NCBI GenBank assembly: GCA_902611405.1
Contig: CACLZL010000005.1
Location: 7,360-71,359, forward strand
Direction: 5' to 3'
Length of the DNA: 64,000 nt
DNA from: an uncultured Pelagibacteraceae bacterium
GTDB lineage: Bacteria > Pseudomonadota > Alphaproteobacteria > Pelagibacterales > Pelagibacteraceae
Part shown: positions 13,030 to 25,121 of the stretch, one piece after another
Layout: each line of letters opens with the position of its first letter
Position numbering within the stretch: the stretch's first letter is position 1
The notes under the pieces: generated by a model
Database searches by the model: none
What the model saw: only the letters and a program-made list of their open reading frames with translations
What the model was told of the DNA's origin: nothing
Made by a program: the position numbers and the translations under genes

Positions 13030-15108
13030 ATGGCTAGAACTCATATATTAGATAAATACAGAAATATTGGGATCATGGCCCATATAGATGCTGGTAAAAC
13101 AACTACTACCGAAAGAGTTCTATACTATACAGGTAAAAGTCATAAAATTGGTGAAGTACACGATGGTGCTGCAACAATGGATTGGATGGAGCAAGAACAA
13201 GAAAGAGGAATTACAATCACATCTGCGGCTACTACTTGTTTTTGGAATGATCATAGAATTAATATTATTGACACTCCTGGACACGTAGATTTTACCATCG
13301 AAGTGGAAAGGTCTTTAAAAGTTTTAGATGGTGCAGTTGCCGTTTTTGATGGTGTTGCAGGTGTAGAGCCTCAATCTGAAACTGTATGGAGGCAAGCCGA
13401 TAAGTATAAGGTACCAAGAATTTGTTTTGTTAACAAATTAGATAGAACAGGTGCTGATTTCTTTAGATGTGTAGACATGATTAGAGATAGATTAGGTGCT
13501 AAACCTTTGGTTGTTCAAGTCCCTATAGGTGCTGAAGCCTCATTATCTGGTGTAGTTGATCTTGTTAAAATGAAAGCTCAGGTTTGGAAAAATGAGGCAC
13601 TAGGAGCTGAATGGGAATACAAAGAAATTCCAGAGGATTTAAAAGAAATTTCTGAAAAATATAGAACAGAATTAGTTGAAACAGCCGTTGAACAAGATGA
13701 AAAGTTAATGGAGGCCTATTTAAATGGCGATGAAATTAAAGAGGAAGATTTAGTAAAATGTATAAGAAAAGGAACTCTAAACTTCAGTTTTGTTCCAGTT
13801 TTGACAGGTTCAGCATTCAAAAACAAAGGTGTTCAGCCTTTACTTGATGCTGTTGTTAATTATTTGCCAAGTCCTGTTGATATTGGTTCTATCAAAGGAA
13901 CTAAACTAGGTAGTGAAGATGAAATGGAAATGAAATTTGAAGATAGTGTTCCATTTTCTGCTTTAGCTTTTAAAGTAGCTAATGATCCATTTGTTGGATC
14001 ATTAACTTTTATTAGAGTCTATTCAGGTACCATCAAAACTGGTACAGCAGTCTTTAATTCTTCTAAAGAAAAAGAAGAAAGAGTTGGTAGAATGCTTTTA
14101 ATGCATGCTAACTCTCGAGAAGATATTAAAGAAGCTAATGCAGGTGATATAGTAGCTTTAGCAGGATTAAAAAATACTATTACAGGACATACTTTATGTG
14201 ATAAAGAAAATCCTGTTCTTCTTGAACCAATGGAATTCCCTGATCCAGTAATTGAAATTGCAGTAGAACCAAAAACAAAAGCGGACCAAGAAAAAATGGG
14301 TGAAGCTTTAGGTAGGTTAGCTAAGGAAGATCCTTCTTTTAGAGTTACCTCAGACGAAGAGTCTGGGCAAACAATAATTAAAGGAATGGGTGAACTACAC
14401 TTGGATATTATTGTTGATAGAATGAAAAGAGAATTTAAAGTAGAGGCTAATGTTGGAGCTCCACAAGTTGCTTATAGAGAAACTATAGAAGCTGCTTCAG
14501 AGGTTGAATACACTCACAAAAAACAAAGTGGTGGAGCTGGTCAATTTGCAAAAGTTAAACTTTTAGTAGAGCCTCAAGAACCTGGCAAAGGTAGAGATGT
14601 TGAGAGCAAAATTAAAGGTGGTGCAATTCCAAAAGAATTTATCCCTGGTGTTGAAAAAGGTATAGAAACAGTTTCAGATACTGGAATTTTAGCTGGTTTT
14701 CCAATGATTGATTACAAAGTAACCATCTTAGATGGATTACATCACGATGTTGACTCAAGCGTATTAGCGTTTGAATTAGCAAGTAGAGCTTGCTTTAAAG
14801 AAGCTTGTACAAAAGGAGGTTTAAAATTATTAGAGCCGGTAATGAGAGTTGAAGTTGTAACTCCCGAAGACTACATGGGAGATGTTATAGGTGATTTAAA
14901 TAGTAGAAGAGGCCAAATTAGTACTCAAGAGCAAAGAGGTAATGCAACCGTAATAACGGCAATGGTTCCTTTAGCTAATATGTTTGGTTATATAAATAAT
15001 TTAAGATCAATGTCTCAAGGTAGAGCACAATATTCAATGTTTTTTGATCATTATTCAAAAGTACCACAAAACGTACAAGACGAAGTAACTAAGAAGATTG
15101 CAGGTTAA
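13030..15108 (+). CDS. fusA: Elongation factor G
   Basis: [24 protein letters not shown]. Confidence 0.99.
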   Translation: MARTHILDKYRNIGIMAHIDAGKTTTTERVLYYTGKSHKIGEVHDGAATMDWMEQEQERGITITSAATTCFWNDHRINIIDTPGHVDFTIEVERSLKVLDGAVAVFDGVAGVEPQSETVWRQADKYKVPRICFVNKLDRTGADFFRCVDMIRDRLGAKPLVVQVPIGAEASLSGVVDLVKMKAQVWKNEALGAEWEYKEIPEDLKEISEKYRTELVETAVEQDEKLMEAYLNGDEIKEEDLVKCIRKGTLNFSFVPVLTGSAFKNKGVQPLLDAVVNYLPSPVDIGSIKGTKLGSEDEMEMKFEDSVPFSALAFKVANDPFVGSLTFIRVYSGTIKTGTAVFNSSKEKEERVGRMLLMHANSREDIKEANAGDIVALAGLKNTITGHTLCDKENPVLLEPMEFPDPVIEIAVEPKTKADQEKMGEALGRLAKEDPSFRVTSDEESGQTIIKGMGELHLDIIVDRMKREFKVEANVGAPQVAYRETIEAASEVEYTHKKQSGGAGQFAKVKLLVEPQEPGKGRDVESKIKGGAIPKEFIPGVEKGIETVSDTGILAGFPMIDYKVTILDGLHHDVDSSVLAFELASRACFKEACTKGGLKLLEPVMRVEVVTPEDYMGDVIGDLNSRRGQISTQEQRGNATVITAMVPLANMFGYINNLRSMSQGRAQYSMFFDHYSKVPQNVQDEVTKKIAG

Positions 15109-15110
15109 TC

Positions 15111-15419
15111 ATGGAAAAACAGAACATAAGAATTAAATTAAGAGCATACGATAATAAAGTTCTAGATGCATCTACTGAAGAGATTGTGAATACTGTAAAA
15201 AGAACTGGTGCAACAATCAAGGGACCAATTCCATTACCTACAAGAATTGAGAGATATACAGTATTAAGATCACCTCACATAGATAAGAAAAGTAGGGAAC
15301 AATTTGAGTCAAGAACACACAAAAGATTAATTGATATCATTGAACCAACACCGCAAACTGTAGAAGCATTAATGAAACTTGATTTAGCTTCTGGTGTAGA
15401 TGTGGAGATAAAAATTTAA
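15111..15419 (+). CDS. rpsJ: 30S ribosomal protein S10
   Basis: [22 protein letters not shown]. Confidence 0.99.
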   Translation: MEKQNIRIKLRAYDNKVLDASTEEIVNTVKRTGATIKGPIPLPTRIERYTVLRSPHIDKKSREQFESRTHKRLIDIIEPTPQTVEALMKLDLASGVDVEIKI

Positions 15420-15421
15420 TT

Positions 15422-16132
15422 ATGAACGAGATAGCTTTAATAGGAAAAAAAATAGGTATGACCAGAGAGTTCTATAAATCTGGTCAATTAGTTCCTGTGA
15501 CTGTACTTAAGGTCGAAAAAGCTAGAGTTATACAAGTTATTGAAGAAGAAAAAAGAGGTTACAAGGCCGTTCAGCTTGGATATGGGAAAATTAAAAATTC
15601 AAAATTAACAAAAGCTATGAAAGGTGTTTTTGCCAAAAAAAATACTGAAGCTAAGAAAAAGTTAAAAGAATTTAGAGTAAATGACACATCCGTTTATAAA
15701 GAAGGAAACGAGTTTGGTTTAGAAATATTTAAAGATATTAAATTTGTAGATACAAGATCAAAAACTATCGGTAAAGGTTTTGCAGGTGCTATGAAAAGAC
15801 ATAATTTTGGTGGTTTAAGAGCTAGTCATGGTGTTTCAATATCACATAGAGCACATGGTTCAACTGGACATAGCCAAGACCCAGGAAAAGTTTTTAAAGG
15901 AAAAAAAATGGCTGGTCATATGGGTGATAAGTTAAGAACAATGCAAAATATTGAAATAATAAAAACTGACTTAGAAAATGAACTTTTATATTTGAAAGGA
16001 TCAATTCCTGGATCAAAAAATTCAGAAGTGATGGTTAAAAAATCAGTAAAAAATATAAGTAAAATGACAATTGGTGAAAAACAAGCAGCAGCTGAAGAGG
16101 CTAAAAAAACACCTGAAAAGAAGAAAAAATAA
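15422..16132 (+). CDS. rplC: 50S ribosomal protein L3
   Basis: K.GMT, GKGFAGAMKRH, KGKKMAGHMG. Confidence 0.99.
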   Translation: MNEIALIGKKIGMTREFYKSGQLVPVTVLKVEKARVIQVIEEEKRGYKAVQLGYGKIKNSKLTKAMKGVFAKKNTEAKKKLKEFRVNDTSVYKEGNEFGLEIFKDIKFVDTRSKTIGKGFAGAMKRHNFGGLRASHGVSISHRAHGSTGHSQDPGKVFKGKKMAGHMGDKLRTMQNIEIIKTDLENELLYLKGSIPGSKNSEVMVKKSVKNISKMTIGEKQAAAEEAKKTPEKKKK

Positions 16133-16755
16133 TGAAATTAGATAAAATTAGCATAGACGGAAAAAAAGATAGTATTGAAGTTTTAGATAAGATTTTTTCT
16201 GCAAAAATTAATCATAAATTAGTAAGTGCAGTTCTTTATAAAACAAATGCTAATTACAAAGGAAGGCATGCTAAAACTAAACAACAAAATGAGGTAAAAG
16301 GACCAACATCAAAAATATATGCTCAAAAAGGAACTGGTGGTGCAAGACACGCTAGTAGAAAAGCACCTATATTTGTAGGTGGTGGTATTGCTCATGGACC
16401 AAAAGGTGAATTGGCTTATAAAAAAAGAAAATTAAATAAAACTGAGAAAAAACAAAGTGTAGCATCACTAATTACAGAAAAAAATAATAATAAAAATTTA
16501 TTAATCTTAAATGACTTTAGTTCAGAAATTAAAAAAACCAAACAGATGAACTCAATAATTAATAAACTTGACATTACAAATTCACTAATAATTTTAGATA
16601 AGAGCTCGAGAGAAAAAATAGAAAAATCAGTAAGAAACATTCCAAACGTTAAAGTTACAGATGTAAATCATTTTAGTGCTTATGATATTATTAAATTTAA
16701 AAAAGTAGTTTTTACAGAAAGTTCTGTAAAAGAACTAGAAAAGAGATATTCATAA
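16132..16755 (+). CDS. rplD: 50S ribosomal protein L4
   Basis: QKGTGGARH, GGG..HGPK. Confidence 0.98.
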   Translation: MKLDKISIDGKKDSIEVLDKIFSAKINHKLVSAVLYKTNANYKGRHAKTKQQNEVKGPTSKIYAQKGTGGARHASRKAPIFVGGGIAHGPKGELAYKKRKLNKTEKKQSVASLITEKNNNKNLLILNDFSSEIKKTKQMNSIINKLDITNSLIILDKSSREKIEKSVRNIPNVKVTDVNHFSAYDIIKFKKVVFTESSVKELEKRYS

Positions 16756-16756
16756 A

Positions 16757-17050
16757 ATGGAAAAAATTCACTTATACGATAAAATTCTTTCTCCAGTTGT
16801 TACAGAAAAATCAACAAATTTATCTGAACTGAATAAAATTGTTTTTAAAGTTCCAGATGGAGCAAATAAGAAAAATTTAAAAAAAAATATTGAAAAAATA
16901 TTTAAAGTTAATGTGACTAAAATAAATATTATAAATAAACAAAACAGAACAAAAGTTACCAGAGGAAAAAAAGTAAAAGTATCTGGATACAAAAAAGCAA
17001 TAATTACTCTTAAAAAAGGTCAAAGTATTGACCTAACAACAGGAATTTAA
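16757..17050 (+). CDS. rplW: 50S ribosomal protein L23
   Basis: PVVTEKS, YKKAIITL. Confidence 0.98.
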   Translation: MEKIHLYDKILSPVVTEKSTNLSELNKIVFKVPDGANKKNLKKNIEKIFKVNVTKINIINKQNRTKVTRGKKVKVSGYKKAIITLKKGQSIDLTTGI

Positions 17051-17053
17051 TAA

Positions 17054-17893
17054 ATGGCGTTAAAAACTTTTAAACCATATACAAAATCTACAAGAGGTAC
17101 GATTTTAGTTGATAGAACTGGTTTGTGGAAAGGCAAACCATTTAAGGCTTTAGTTTCACCTAAAAATGCAATGAAAGGCAGAAATAACAACGGTCATATC
17201 ACTTCTATCAATAGAGCTGGAGGACATAAAAAAATGTATAGGCATGTAGATTTTTATAGAAAAAAATTTGACATGCAGGCAACGGTTGAAAGAATAGAAT
17301 ATGATCCTAATAGATCATGCTACATTATGTTAGTTAAATTTGAGGATGGTGCTCACTCATATTTCTTAGCTCCACAAAAAATTAAAGTTGGAGATAAAGT
17401 TGAAAGTGGTTCAAAAAAAGAAATCAAAGTAGGTAACTGCATGCCATTACAAGATATACCAGTAGGCATAAACATACATAACGTTGAGATACAGCCAGGT
17501 GGTGGTGGAAAAATCGCTAGAGCAGCTGGTTCTTCAGTTACTATCAGTGGGTTAGACGGTAATTATAGTTTGATAAAATTAGCTTCAGGTGAAGTTAGAA
17601 AAATAGATTCAAGAGCTTTAGCTACAATTGGAATTTTAAGTAATCCAGATCAAAAAAATATTAAAATTGGAAAAGCAGGTAGATCAAGATGGTTAGGTAG
17701 AAGACCTCATACTAGAGGTGTTGTTAAAAACCCAGTTGATCACCCACATGGAGGTGGTGAAGGAAAATCTGCTGGAGGAAGACATCCAGTTTCACCTACA
17801 GGACAATCTGCTAAAGGTTTAAAAACTAGAGATAATAAGAGAACAGATAAATTTATAGTAAAGAGAAGAAATAAGAGGAAGGATACCAAGTAA
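17054..17893 (+). CDS. rplB: 50S ribosomal protein L2
   Basis: [25 protein letters not shown]. Confidence 0.99.
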   Translation: MALKTFKPYTKSTRGTILVDRTGLWKGKPFKALVSPKNAMKGRNNNGHITSINRAGGHKKMYRHVDFYRKKFDMQATVERIEYDPNRSCYIMLVKFEDGAHSYFLAPQKIKVGDKVESGSKKEIKVGNCMPLQDIPVGINIHNVEIQPGGGGKIARAAGSSVTISGLDGNYSLIKLASGEVRKIDSRALATIGILSNPDQKNIKIGKAGRSRWLGRRPHTRGVVKNPVDHPHGGGEGKSAGGRHPVSPTGQSAKGLKTRDNKRTDKFIVKRRNKRKDTK

Positions 17894-18189
17894 TGGCTAG
17901 AGCAGTTTGGAAAGGACCGTTTGTAGAAGAAAGCTTGATGAAGAAAGTCGACAAGTATAAAGACGATCCAAAGAAAATTCCTATTAAAACTTGGTCAAGA
18001 AAATCAACAATTTTACCTGATTTTGTAGGGGTAAGTTTTCAAATTTATAATGGCAAAAAATTTATACCAATAACTGTTTCAGAAGATATGGTTGGACATA
18101 AATTAGGTGAGTTTGCACCAACAAGAACGTTCTTTGGTCATACACCAGCTGACAAAAAAGCTAAACCAGCAACAGTAGAGAAGAAATAA
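17893..18189 (+). CDS. rpsS: 30S ribosomal protein S19
   Basis: [18 protein letters not shown]. Confidence 0.99.
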   Translation: MARAVWKGPFVEESLMKKVDKYKDDPKKIPIKTWSRKSTILPDFVGVSFQIYNGKKFIPITVSEDMVGHKLGEFAPTRTFFGHTPADKKAKPATVEKK

Positions 18190-18191
18190 TT

Positions 18192-18590
18192 ATGGGCAAG
18201 AAAAAGAAAATAGACAAATCTAACGAAAAAACAGTGAAGTCTGTTAACAACGGTATTAGATCAAGCGTTAGAAAGTTGAGTCCAATACTTAGAAGCATTG
18301 TTGGTAAAAAAGTTGATGTTGCTATAAGAGATTTACAGTTTTCTGAAAAGAGAGTTACTAGAGATGTTAGAAAAACAATAAGTTCAGCAGTTGCTAATGC
18401 TGAAAATAACTTTCAATACGATATTGATAATTTAATTGTTAAAGAGGCTTATTGTGGAAAAAAAATAATTATGAAAAGATTTAGACCTAGAGCAAAAGGA
18501 AGAGCAGCACCAATATTAAAACCTTGGTCAACTGTTACAATAATTTTATCAGAAGCAAAACAAATGGAGAAACATGGGACAAAAAGTTAA
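18192..18590 (+). CDS. rplV: 50S ribosomal protein L22
   Basis: [20 protein letters not shown]. Confidence 0.98.
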   Translation: MGKKKKIDKSNEKTVKSVNNGIRSSVRKLSPILRSIVGKKVDVAIRDLQFSEKRVTRDVRKTISSAVANAENNFQYDIDNLIVKEAYCGKKIIMKRFRPRAKGRAAPILKPWSTVTIILSEAKQMEKHGTKS

Positions 18591-19254
18591 TCCGGTAGGT
18601 TTTAGATTAGGTGTCAACAGAGGATGGGACTCTGTATGGTATGCTAAGAAAAAAGATTTTGGAAATTATTTAATCGAAGATTTTAAAATCAGAGAATATA
18701 TTAAGAAAAACGTAATAAACTCTGGTGTATCTAAGGTAATGATCGAAAGAACATCTAATAAATGTTATGTAACAATTTACACTTCTAGACCAGGATTTGT
18801 GATTGGAAAAAAAGGAAGTGATATAGATAAAATAAAAAATAATCTTTCAAAATTCACAACAAATGAAGTTAATTTAAACATTAAAGAAGTAAAAAAACCT
18901 GAGACAAATGCTTATCTAGTTGCTGAAAATATCGCTCAGCAGCTTGTTAAAAGAATTTCTTATAGACGAGCTATGAAAAGAGCAATGCAATCATGTATTA
19001 GACTAGGGGCTAAAGGTATTAAAGTTTCAGTGAGTGGAAGACTTGGTGGCAATGAAATAGCAAGAACAGAGTGGTTAAGAGACGGAAGTATTCCATCACA
19101 TACTTTAAGAGCTGATATAGATTATGCAGAGGCAGAGGCTCTTACAACTTATGGAATTATTGGAATTAAAGTCTGGATTTATAAAGGTGAAGTTTTTGCT
19201 AGAGAATTTAGTCAAGAGACTAACAAGGTAACACCAAAGGAAGGTAAACAATAA
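18574..19254 (+). CDS. rpsC: 30S ribosomal protein S3
   Basis: [23 protein letters not shown]. Confidence 0.99.
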   Translation: MGQKVNPVGFRLGVNRGWDSVWYAKKKDFGNYLIEDFKIREYIKKNVINSGVSKVMIERTSNKCYVTIYTSRPGFVIGKKGSDIDKIKNNLSKFTTNEVNLNIKEVKKPETNAYLVAENIAQQLVKRISYRRAMKRAMQSCIRLGAKGIKVSVSGRLGGNEIARTEWLRDGSIPSHTLRADIDYAEAEALTTYGIIGIKVWIYKGEVFAREFSQETNKVTPKEGKQ

Positions 19255-19664
19255 TGCTTCAACCAGTGAGAACAAAGTGGAGAAAAGCGCACAAAGGTAG
19301 AATTCATGGTACTGCTACAAGAGCAAGTACTATTAATTATGGTGCCTACGCATTAAAAGCTTTACAGCCTGAAAGAGTTACTGGAAAACAGATTGAAGCT
19401 GCAAGAGTTGCTTTAACAAGACACATGAAAAGACAAGGAAGAGTTTGGACAAGAATATTTCCAAATATACCAGTCTCAAAAAAACCAATTGAAGTCAGAA
19501 TGGGTAAAGGAAAGGGTTCACCTGAGTACTTCGCATGCAGAGTAAAACCAGGAAGAATATTATTTGAAGTTGATGGTGTTTCTGAACAAATTGCAAAAGA
19601 AGCTTTATACAAAGCATCAGCAAAATTACCAATTAAAACTAAAACAATAAAGAGATTTGCATAA
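19254..19664 (+). CDS. rplP: 50S ribosomal protein L16
   Basis: QIEAAR, RMGKGKG. Confidence 0.99.
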   Translation: MLQPVRTKWRKAHKGRIHGTATRASTINYGAYALKALQPERVTGKQIEAARVALTRHMKRQGRVWTRIFPNIPVSKKPIEVRMGKGKGSPEYFACRVKPGRILFEVDGVSEQIAKEALYKASAKLPIKTKTIKRFA

Positions 19665-19855
19665 TGAAAAAACAAGAAATTAAAAAATTATCAAAGGACG
19701 AAATTGTGAAGACTATTGATAAACTTAAAAAAGATCTTTTTAATTTCAGATTTCAAAAAATGAATTCACAAGTAACAAACCCAGCTAAAATTGGGGAAAC
19801 TAGAAAAACAATAGCAAGATTAAAAACAATTTTAAAAGGAAAAGCAAATGCCTAA
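19664..19855 (+). CDS. rpmC: 50S ribosomal protein L29
   Basis: [16 protein letters not shown]; synteny. Confidence 0.96.
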   Translation: MKKQEIKKLSKDEIVKTIDKLKKDLFNFRFQKMNSQVTNPAKIGETRKTIARLKTILKGKANA

Positions 19856-20084
19856 AAAAATACTTACAGGTGTGGTTATAAGCGATAAACCTAATAAAAC
19901 AGTTACTGTTATGGTAGAACGTAAATATTCTCACCCAGTTCTAAAAAAAGTAATCAGAGTTAGAAAAAACTATAACGCTCACGATGAAAATAATAAGTTC
20001 AAAACCGGTGACAAGGTTTCAATTATTGAGAGCAAACCCTTTTCTAAAAATAAAAAATTTCAAGTTATGGAGAGTACAAAGTAA
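19848..20084 (+). CDS. rpsQ: 30S ribosomal protein S17
   Basis: G.V.SDK..KT, HP, AHDE.N, GD.V.I.E. Confidence 0.98.
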   Translation: MPKKILTGVVISDKPNKTVTVMVERKYSHPVLKKVIRVRKNYNAHDENNKFKTGDKVSIIESKPFSKNKKFQVMESTK

Positions 20085-20452
20085 TGATTGGTGTTCAAAC
20101 AGAGTTACAAGTGGCTGATAATACTGGTGCAAAAAGAATTGAGTGCATTAAAGTTCTAGGTGGATCAAAAAGAAGATACGCTAGTATTGGTGATACGATT
20201 GTAATTGCAGTTAAAGAGGCGATACCTAAAGGAAAAGTTAAAAAAGGATCTGTCCATAAAGCTGTAGTTGTAAGAGTTAAAAAAGGAATTCACAGAAATG
20301 ATGGTTCCAAAGTAAGATTTGATAATAATGCAGCTGTGTTAGTTGATGACAAAGGGGAGCCAGTAGGAACAAGAATTTTTGGTCCAGTTACAAGAGAATT
20401 AAGAAGTAGAGGTCAAATGAAAATTATTTCTTTGGCACCGGAGGTTTTATAA
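20084..20452 (+). CDS. rplN: 50S ribosomal protein L14
   Basis: [22 protein letters not shown]. Confidence 0.99.
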   Translation: MIGVQTELQVADNTGAKRIECIKVLGGSKRRYASIGDTIVIAVKEAIPKGKVKKGSVHKAVVVRVKKGIHRNDGSKVRFDNNAAVLVDDKGEPVGTRIFGPVTRELRSRGQMKIISLAPEVL

Positions 20453-20697
20453 TGATTAAAAAAGGTTTGAAAGTAAAAGTTTTAACTGGCAGAGATAAAA
20501 AAAAAGAGGGTGAAGTTATTGAAATTGATAGAGTTAATAACAGAGCTAAAGTTAAAGAAATAAATATGGTTAAAAAACACGTAAAAACAACAAAAGAGAA
20601 AAAAGGTGGAATTTTTCCAAAGGAAAGCTTTATTCATATTTCTAACTTAAAACTAATTGATGAAAAAGCGGCTAAGAAAAAAGAGGCTAAAAAATAA
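20452..20697 (+). CDS. rplX: 50S ribosomal protein L24 (short)
   Basis: KOW-like V.VL.G.DK, KKH.K, IHISN; synteny. Confidence 0.95.
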   Translation: MIKKGLKVKVLTGRDKKKEGEVIEIDRVNNRAKVKEINMVKKHVKTTKEKKGGIFPKESFIHISNLKLIDEKAAKKKEAKK

Positions 20698-21251
20698 TGA
20701 CACCAAGATTAAAAGAAATATTCAACAAAGAAATTCAGCCTGCATTAAAAGATAAGTTTGGTTTTAAAAATATTTATATGGCTCCAAGAATTGAGAAAGT
20801 TGTTTTAAATATGGGTCTTGGTTTAGATGCTACAGATTCTAAGATTTTAAAATCATGCGAAGAAGATATGTCTAAAATTACTGGACAAAAACCAGTTACA
20901 ACAAAATTTAAAAAATCAGTAGCTAATTTTAAAACCAGAAAAGGATCAAATGCTGGTTTAAAAGTGACATTAAGAAAAAATAGAATGTATGAATTCATAG
21001 ATAGATTAGTGAATATAGCATTACCAAGGATTAAAGATTTTAGAGGTTTATCACCAAAAGGATTTGATAAATCTGGTAATTATACATTTGGAATCAAAGA
21101 GCATATAATTTTCCCAGAAGTAAGCTTTGATAGAGCAGATAAAGTTAGAGGTTTAGATATAGTAATAGTCATTAAAGCTATCAATAAAGAACATAGTTTT
21201 GCTCTACTAGAAAAGATGAATTTTCCATTTATTAAAAAAGGAGATAATTAA
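20697..21251 (+). CDS. rplE: 50S ribosomal protein L5
   Basis: ITGQKP, LPRIKDFRG, GNYTFG. Confidence 0.99.
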   Translation: MTPRLKEIFNKEIQPALKDKFGFKNIYMAPRIEKVVLNMGLGLDATDSKILKSCEEDMSKITGQKPVTTKFKKSVANFKTRKGSNAGLKVTLRKNRMYEFIDRLVNIALPRIKDFRGLSPKGFDKSGNYTFGIKEHIIFPEVSFDRADKVRGLDIVIVIKAINKEHSFALLEKMNFPFIKKGDN

Positions 21252-21253
21252 AT

Positions 21254-21559
21254 ATGGCAAAGTTAAGCGCAGTTAATAAAAATAAAAAAAGAATTAAGCT
21301 TTCTGACAGTCTTTATAAGAAAAGACAAGCATTGAAGAAAATTGTTATGGATAAAAAAATTCCATTAGAAGAAAGATTTAAAGCACAGCAAAAATTATCA
21401 AAATTGCCAAGAAACTCAGCAAAAACAAGAGTAATGAATAGATGTGAAATTACTGGAAGACCTCATGGTGTTTACAGAAAACTAAAGATCTCAAGAATTG
21501 CATTAAGACAATTAGGATTACAAGGAAAGATACCTGGCTTAGTTAAGTCTAGCTGGTAG
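21254..21559 (+). CDS. rpsN: 30S ribosomal protein S14 (long, zinc-independent type)
   Basis: LPRNS, NRCEITGRP, PGLVKSSW. Confidence 0.99.
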   Translation: MAKLSAVNKNKKRIKLSDSLYKKRQALKKIVMDKKIPLEERFKAQQKLSKLPRNSAKTRVMNRCEITGRPHGVYRKLKISRIALRQLGLQGKIPGLVKSSW

Positions 21560-21570
21560 AAAGGAAAATT

Positions 21571-21966
21571 ATGAGCTTAAGTGACCCTATCGGAGATATG
21601 ATTGCAAGAGTGAAGAATGCTCAAGCCAGAAATCATAAAAAAGTAGAATTACCCTCTTCAAATTTTAAAACTAAAATTGCAGATATACTTAAAAATGAGG
21701 GTTTCATAAAAGATTTTAAAGTAAGTTCTGAAGACAAAAAACCAATTTTAATTTTAGAACTTAAATATCATTCCGGTAATCCTGTAATTAGTGCTTTCGA
21801 AAGGGTATCAAAACCAGGAAGAAGAATTTTTTCATCTGCAGATAGCTTACCTAAAATTAATAATGGTTTAGGAATTGCTATTGTATCAACTCCAAAAGGA
21901 GTAATGACTGATATAGATGCAAGAAAACAAAAAGTTGGTGGAGAAATAATTTGTAAGGTATTTTAA
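21571..21966 (+). CDS. rpsH: 30S ribosomal protein S8
   Basis: DPIGDM, SKPGRR, STPKG, GGE. Confidence 0.99.
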   Translation: MSLSDPIGDMIARVKNAQARNHKKVELPSSNFKTKIADILKNEGFIKDFKVSSEDKKPILILELKYHSGNPVISAFERVSKPGRRIFSSADSLPKINNGLGIAIVSTPKGVMTDIDARKQKVGGEIICKVF

Positions 21967-22505
21967 TGTCTAAAATAGGTAAAATAAACATATCTATCCC
22001 TGAAAAAGTAAAAGTTGCTTTAGCAGGTAATATTATAAATATAGAAGGACCTCTGGGAAAAAAATCAATTAATGTTGACTTAGAAATGTTTAATTTAGAC
22101 ATAATTGAAGGAAAAGAAATTTCTATAAAACCAAAAAAAATAGATCAACATTCAAAAAGATTATGGGGAATGAATAGAAGTTTAATCAACAACGCTGTAA
22201 TAGGATCAAGTAAAGGATATGAAAAAATTTTAGAACTAGTTGGTGTTGGGTATAGAGCGGCATTAAAAGGAAATCAATTAAATTTACAATTGGGGTATAG
22301 TCATGACATAAATTTTGACATACCAGAGGGCATCAAAATTGCTGTTGAAAAACAAACAACATTAAAAATCACAGGATCTGACAAACAATTAGTAGGTGAA
22401 GTTGTATCTAAAATCAAAACTTTAAGAAAAATCGAACCATATAAAGGTAAAGGTGTGAGAGAAAAGGGGCAATATGTCCTTAAAAAAGAAGGAAAGAAAA
22501 AGTAA
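21966..22505 (+). CDS. rplF: 50S ribosomal protein L6
   Basis: GVGYRA, LGYSH, EPYKGKG. Confidence 0.99.
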   Translation: MSKIGKINISIPEKVKVALAGNIINIEGPLGKKSINVDLEMFNLDIIEGKEISIKPKKIDQHSKRLWGMNRSLINNAVIGSSKGYEKILELVGVGYRAALKGNQLNLQLGYSHDINFDIPEGIKIAVEKQTTLKITGSDKQLVGEVVSKIKTLRKIEPYKGKGVREKGQYVLKKEGKKK

Positions 22506-22861
22506 TGAAATTAAATACTAGTATCAGAAAAAGATTTAGAGTTAGCAATAAAGCTAAAAAAGTTGCTTCAAAAGATAGATTTAGATTAAGTATTTCCAGA
22601 TCATCAAAAAATATTTCAGCACAAATAATAGATGATACAAAAAAGATTACTTTGTTATCAGCATCTTCGATAGAAAAGGATCTGAAATCTAAAGATAAAG
22701 TTAATAAAACAGAACTATCAAAATTGGTTGCTCAAAAATTAGCTAAAAAGGCACAGGAAAAAAAAATCACTAAAATTTACTTTGATAGAGGATCATATAA
22801 ATATCATGGTAGAATTAAAGTTTTTGCTGAAACTTTAAGAGAGAATGGGATGGAATTTTAA
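22505..22861 (+). CDS. rplR: 50S ribosomal protein L18
   Basis: AQIIDD, FDRG.YKYHGRI. Confidence 0.98.
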   Translation: MKLNTSIRKRFRVSNKAKKVASKDRFRLSISRSSKNISAQIIDDTKKITLLSASSIEKDLKSKDKVNKTELSKLVAQKLAKKAQEKKITKIYFDRGSYKYHGRIKVFAETLRENGMEF

Positions 22862-22863
22862 TT

Positions 22864-23379
22864 ATGGAAAATTTAAAAGATAAAAAAGCAGATGACATAT
22901 TAGAAAAATTAGTTCATATAAACCGAATTACAAAAGTTGTAAAAGGGGGAAGAAGATTCGGTTTTTCAGCTCTTGTTGTAGTTGGTAATCAAGCGGGTAA
23001 AATTGGTATAGCACATGCTAAGGCTAAACAAGTTCCTGATGCTATTAAAAAAGCAAATGAGATGGCAAGAAGAAAACTAACTCACATACCTTTAAGAGAA
23101 GGCAGAACAATTCATCATGATGTTAAAGCAAAAGATGGTTCTGGTAGAATAGTTTTAAGAGCAGCTTCTAAAGGAACCGGTATTATTGCTGGAGGTCCTG
23201 TTAGGGCAGTATGTGAAGTTTTAGGTGTTAAAGATATTGTTGCAAAATCAATGGGAACTTCTAATGCACATAACGTCATTAGAGCTACAATGAAAGCATT
23301 AATGAAACAAAATTCACCAAAACAAATATCAGCAATTAGAAATAAAAAAATTTCTGAAGTGATAGAAAAAAGAGGATAA
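22864..23379 (+). CDS. rpsE: 30S ribosomal protein S5
   Basis: [26 protein letters not shown]. Confidence 0.99.
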   Translation: MENLKDKKADDILEKLVHINRITKVVKGGRRFGFSALVVVGNQAGKIGIAHAKAKQVPDAIKKANEMARRKLTHIPLREGRTIHHDVKAKDGSGRIVLRAASKGTGIIAGGPVRAVCEVLGVKDIVAKSMGTSNAHNVIRATMKALMKQNSPKQISAIRNKKISEVIEKRG

Positions 23380-23831
23380 TGATTAGTTTAAATAATAGAG
23401 AAAAAATCAATAAATCAAAATTAAGAGTAGGAAGAGGAATTGGTTCTGGAAAAGGCAAAACATCTGGTAGAGGAGTAAAAGGTCAGAAATCCAGATCTGG
23501 AGTATCTATCAAAAGTTTTGAAGGTGGTCAAATGCCATTATATAGAAGATTGCCAAAAAGAGGTTTTAATCCAATTACCAAAGAAAGTATTGCAATTTTA
23601 AATCTAGATAAAATTCAATCCTATATAGATAAAAAAAATATAAATCCAAATGAAGTTTTAAACTCAGAATTATTAAAAAAACTTAAATTAATAAATAAAA
23701 ACTCAAAAAAATTAAAAATTTTAGGATCTGGTGAGGTAAAAGATAAAATTAATATCGAAGCTGACCTAGCATCTAAATCAGCAATAGAAAAACTTGAAAA
23801 AATTGGTGGATCTATTCAATTAAAAAAATAG
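23379..23831 (+). CDS. rplO: 50S ribosomal protein L15
   Basis: [29 protein letters not shown]. Confidence 0.99.
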   Translation: MISLNNREKINKSKLRVGRGIGSGKGKTSGRGVKGQKSRSGVSIKSFEGGQMPLYRRLPKRGFNPITKESIAILNLDKIQSYIDKKNINPNEVLNSELLKKLKLINKNSKKLKILGSGEVKDKINIEADLASKSAIEKLEKIGGSIQLKK

Positions 23832-23840
23832 TTTGTTTAT

Positions 23841-25121
23841 ATGAGTGCATCATCATCAACAAATGATTTAAGAAATAGAATTATATTTACTATTTTAATA
23901 CTAGCTGTTTATAGATTTGGGACTTTTGTACCTTTGCCAGGTATAGACCCAGAGCAATTAAAAATAATGATGGAAGGTAACCAAAAGGGGTTACTTGGTA
24001 TGTTTAATGTTTTTGCTGGTGGAGCAGTTAGTAGAATGGCGATTTTTGCATTAGGGATAATGCCATACATCTCATCAGCTATTATTGTTCAACTTTTAAC
24101 TGGTGTTTCTGATTATTTTAAAAATTTAAAGGCACAAGGTGAAACTGGAAGAGCTAAAATTACACAAATTACCAGATATGGAACCGTGTTGCTTGCAACA
24201 GTACAGGGATACGGTTTATCGGTTGGACTAGAATCTTCAGCTGATTTAGTAATTAATCCAGGAACTTTTTTTAAAATAACCACTGTTACAACTATTGTTG
24301 CAGGAACGGTATTTTTAATGTGGTTAGGAGAACAAATTACTCAAAGAGGTATTGGTAATGGAATATCTTTAATAATTTTTGCTGGGATTGTTGCAGAAAT
24401 TCCTAGAGCTTTGGTAACAACATTTGAGTTAGGCAGAACTGGCGCTGTCTCAACATTTATGATTTTAGCAATTTTTGTTTTACTAATATTGACTATTTTG
24501 TTTGTAGTTTTTATGGAAAGAGCATTGAGAAAAATTCTTATTACTTATCCTAAAAGACAAATGGGTAATAAAATGTATGGTGGTGAGTCATCACACTTGC
24601 CTTTAAAAATTAATCAAGCTGGGGTAATACCAGCAATCTTTGCCTCAGCACTTTTATTGTTACCAGTAACATTTTCAAATTTTTCATTTTCTAATAATGA
24701 AACATTTCTAAATTTAAGCTCATTTTTTACTCAAGGACAACCTCTTTACATGTTACTTTATGCATCAGGAATAATTTTTTTTACTTTTTTCTACACCTCT
24801 ATAACCTTCAACCCAACCGAAACCGCAGATAATCTTAGAAAGTATGGAGGTTTTGTACCCGGAATAAGACCTGGTGAAAGCACAGCTTTATACATTCAAA
24901 ATATTTCAACAAAGTTGACTACAATAGGAGCTCTGTATTTAACTTTGGTATGTTTAATGCCTGAATTTTTAATTGCAAATTATCCAATACCTTTTTATTT
25001 AGGTGGTGCATCTATCTTAATAGTAGTTGTGGTAGCAATTGATACTGTAACTCAAATTCAAACGAGATTAATGAGTTCTCAATACGAACAACTAATTAAA
25101 AAAACTAAATTTGGTAAGTAA
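23841..25121 (+). CDS. secY: Preprotein translocase SecY
   Basis: FALGIMPYI, GIGNGIS, PGIRPG; multi-TM. Confidence 0.99.
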   Translation: MSASSSTNDLRNRIIFTILILAVYRFGTFVPLPGIDPEQLKIMMEGNQKGLLGMFNVFAGGAVSRMAIFALGIMPYISSAIIVQLLTGVSDYFKNLKAQGETGRAKITQITRYGTVLLATVQGYGLSVGLESSADLVINPGTFFKITTVTTIVAGTVFLMWLGEQITQRGIGNGISLIIFAGIVAEIPRALVTTFELGRTGAVSTFMILAIFVLLILTILFVVFMERALRKILITYPKRQMGNKMYGGESSHLPLKINQAGVIPAIFASALLLLPVTFSNFSFSNNETFLNLSSFFTQGQPLYMLLYASGIIFFTFFYTSITFNPTETADNLRKYGGFVPGIRPGESTALYIQNISTKLTTIGALYLTLVCLMPEFLIANYPIPFYLGGASILIVVVVAIDTVTQIQTRLMSSQYEQLIKKTKFGK

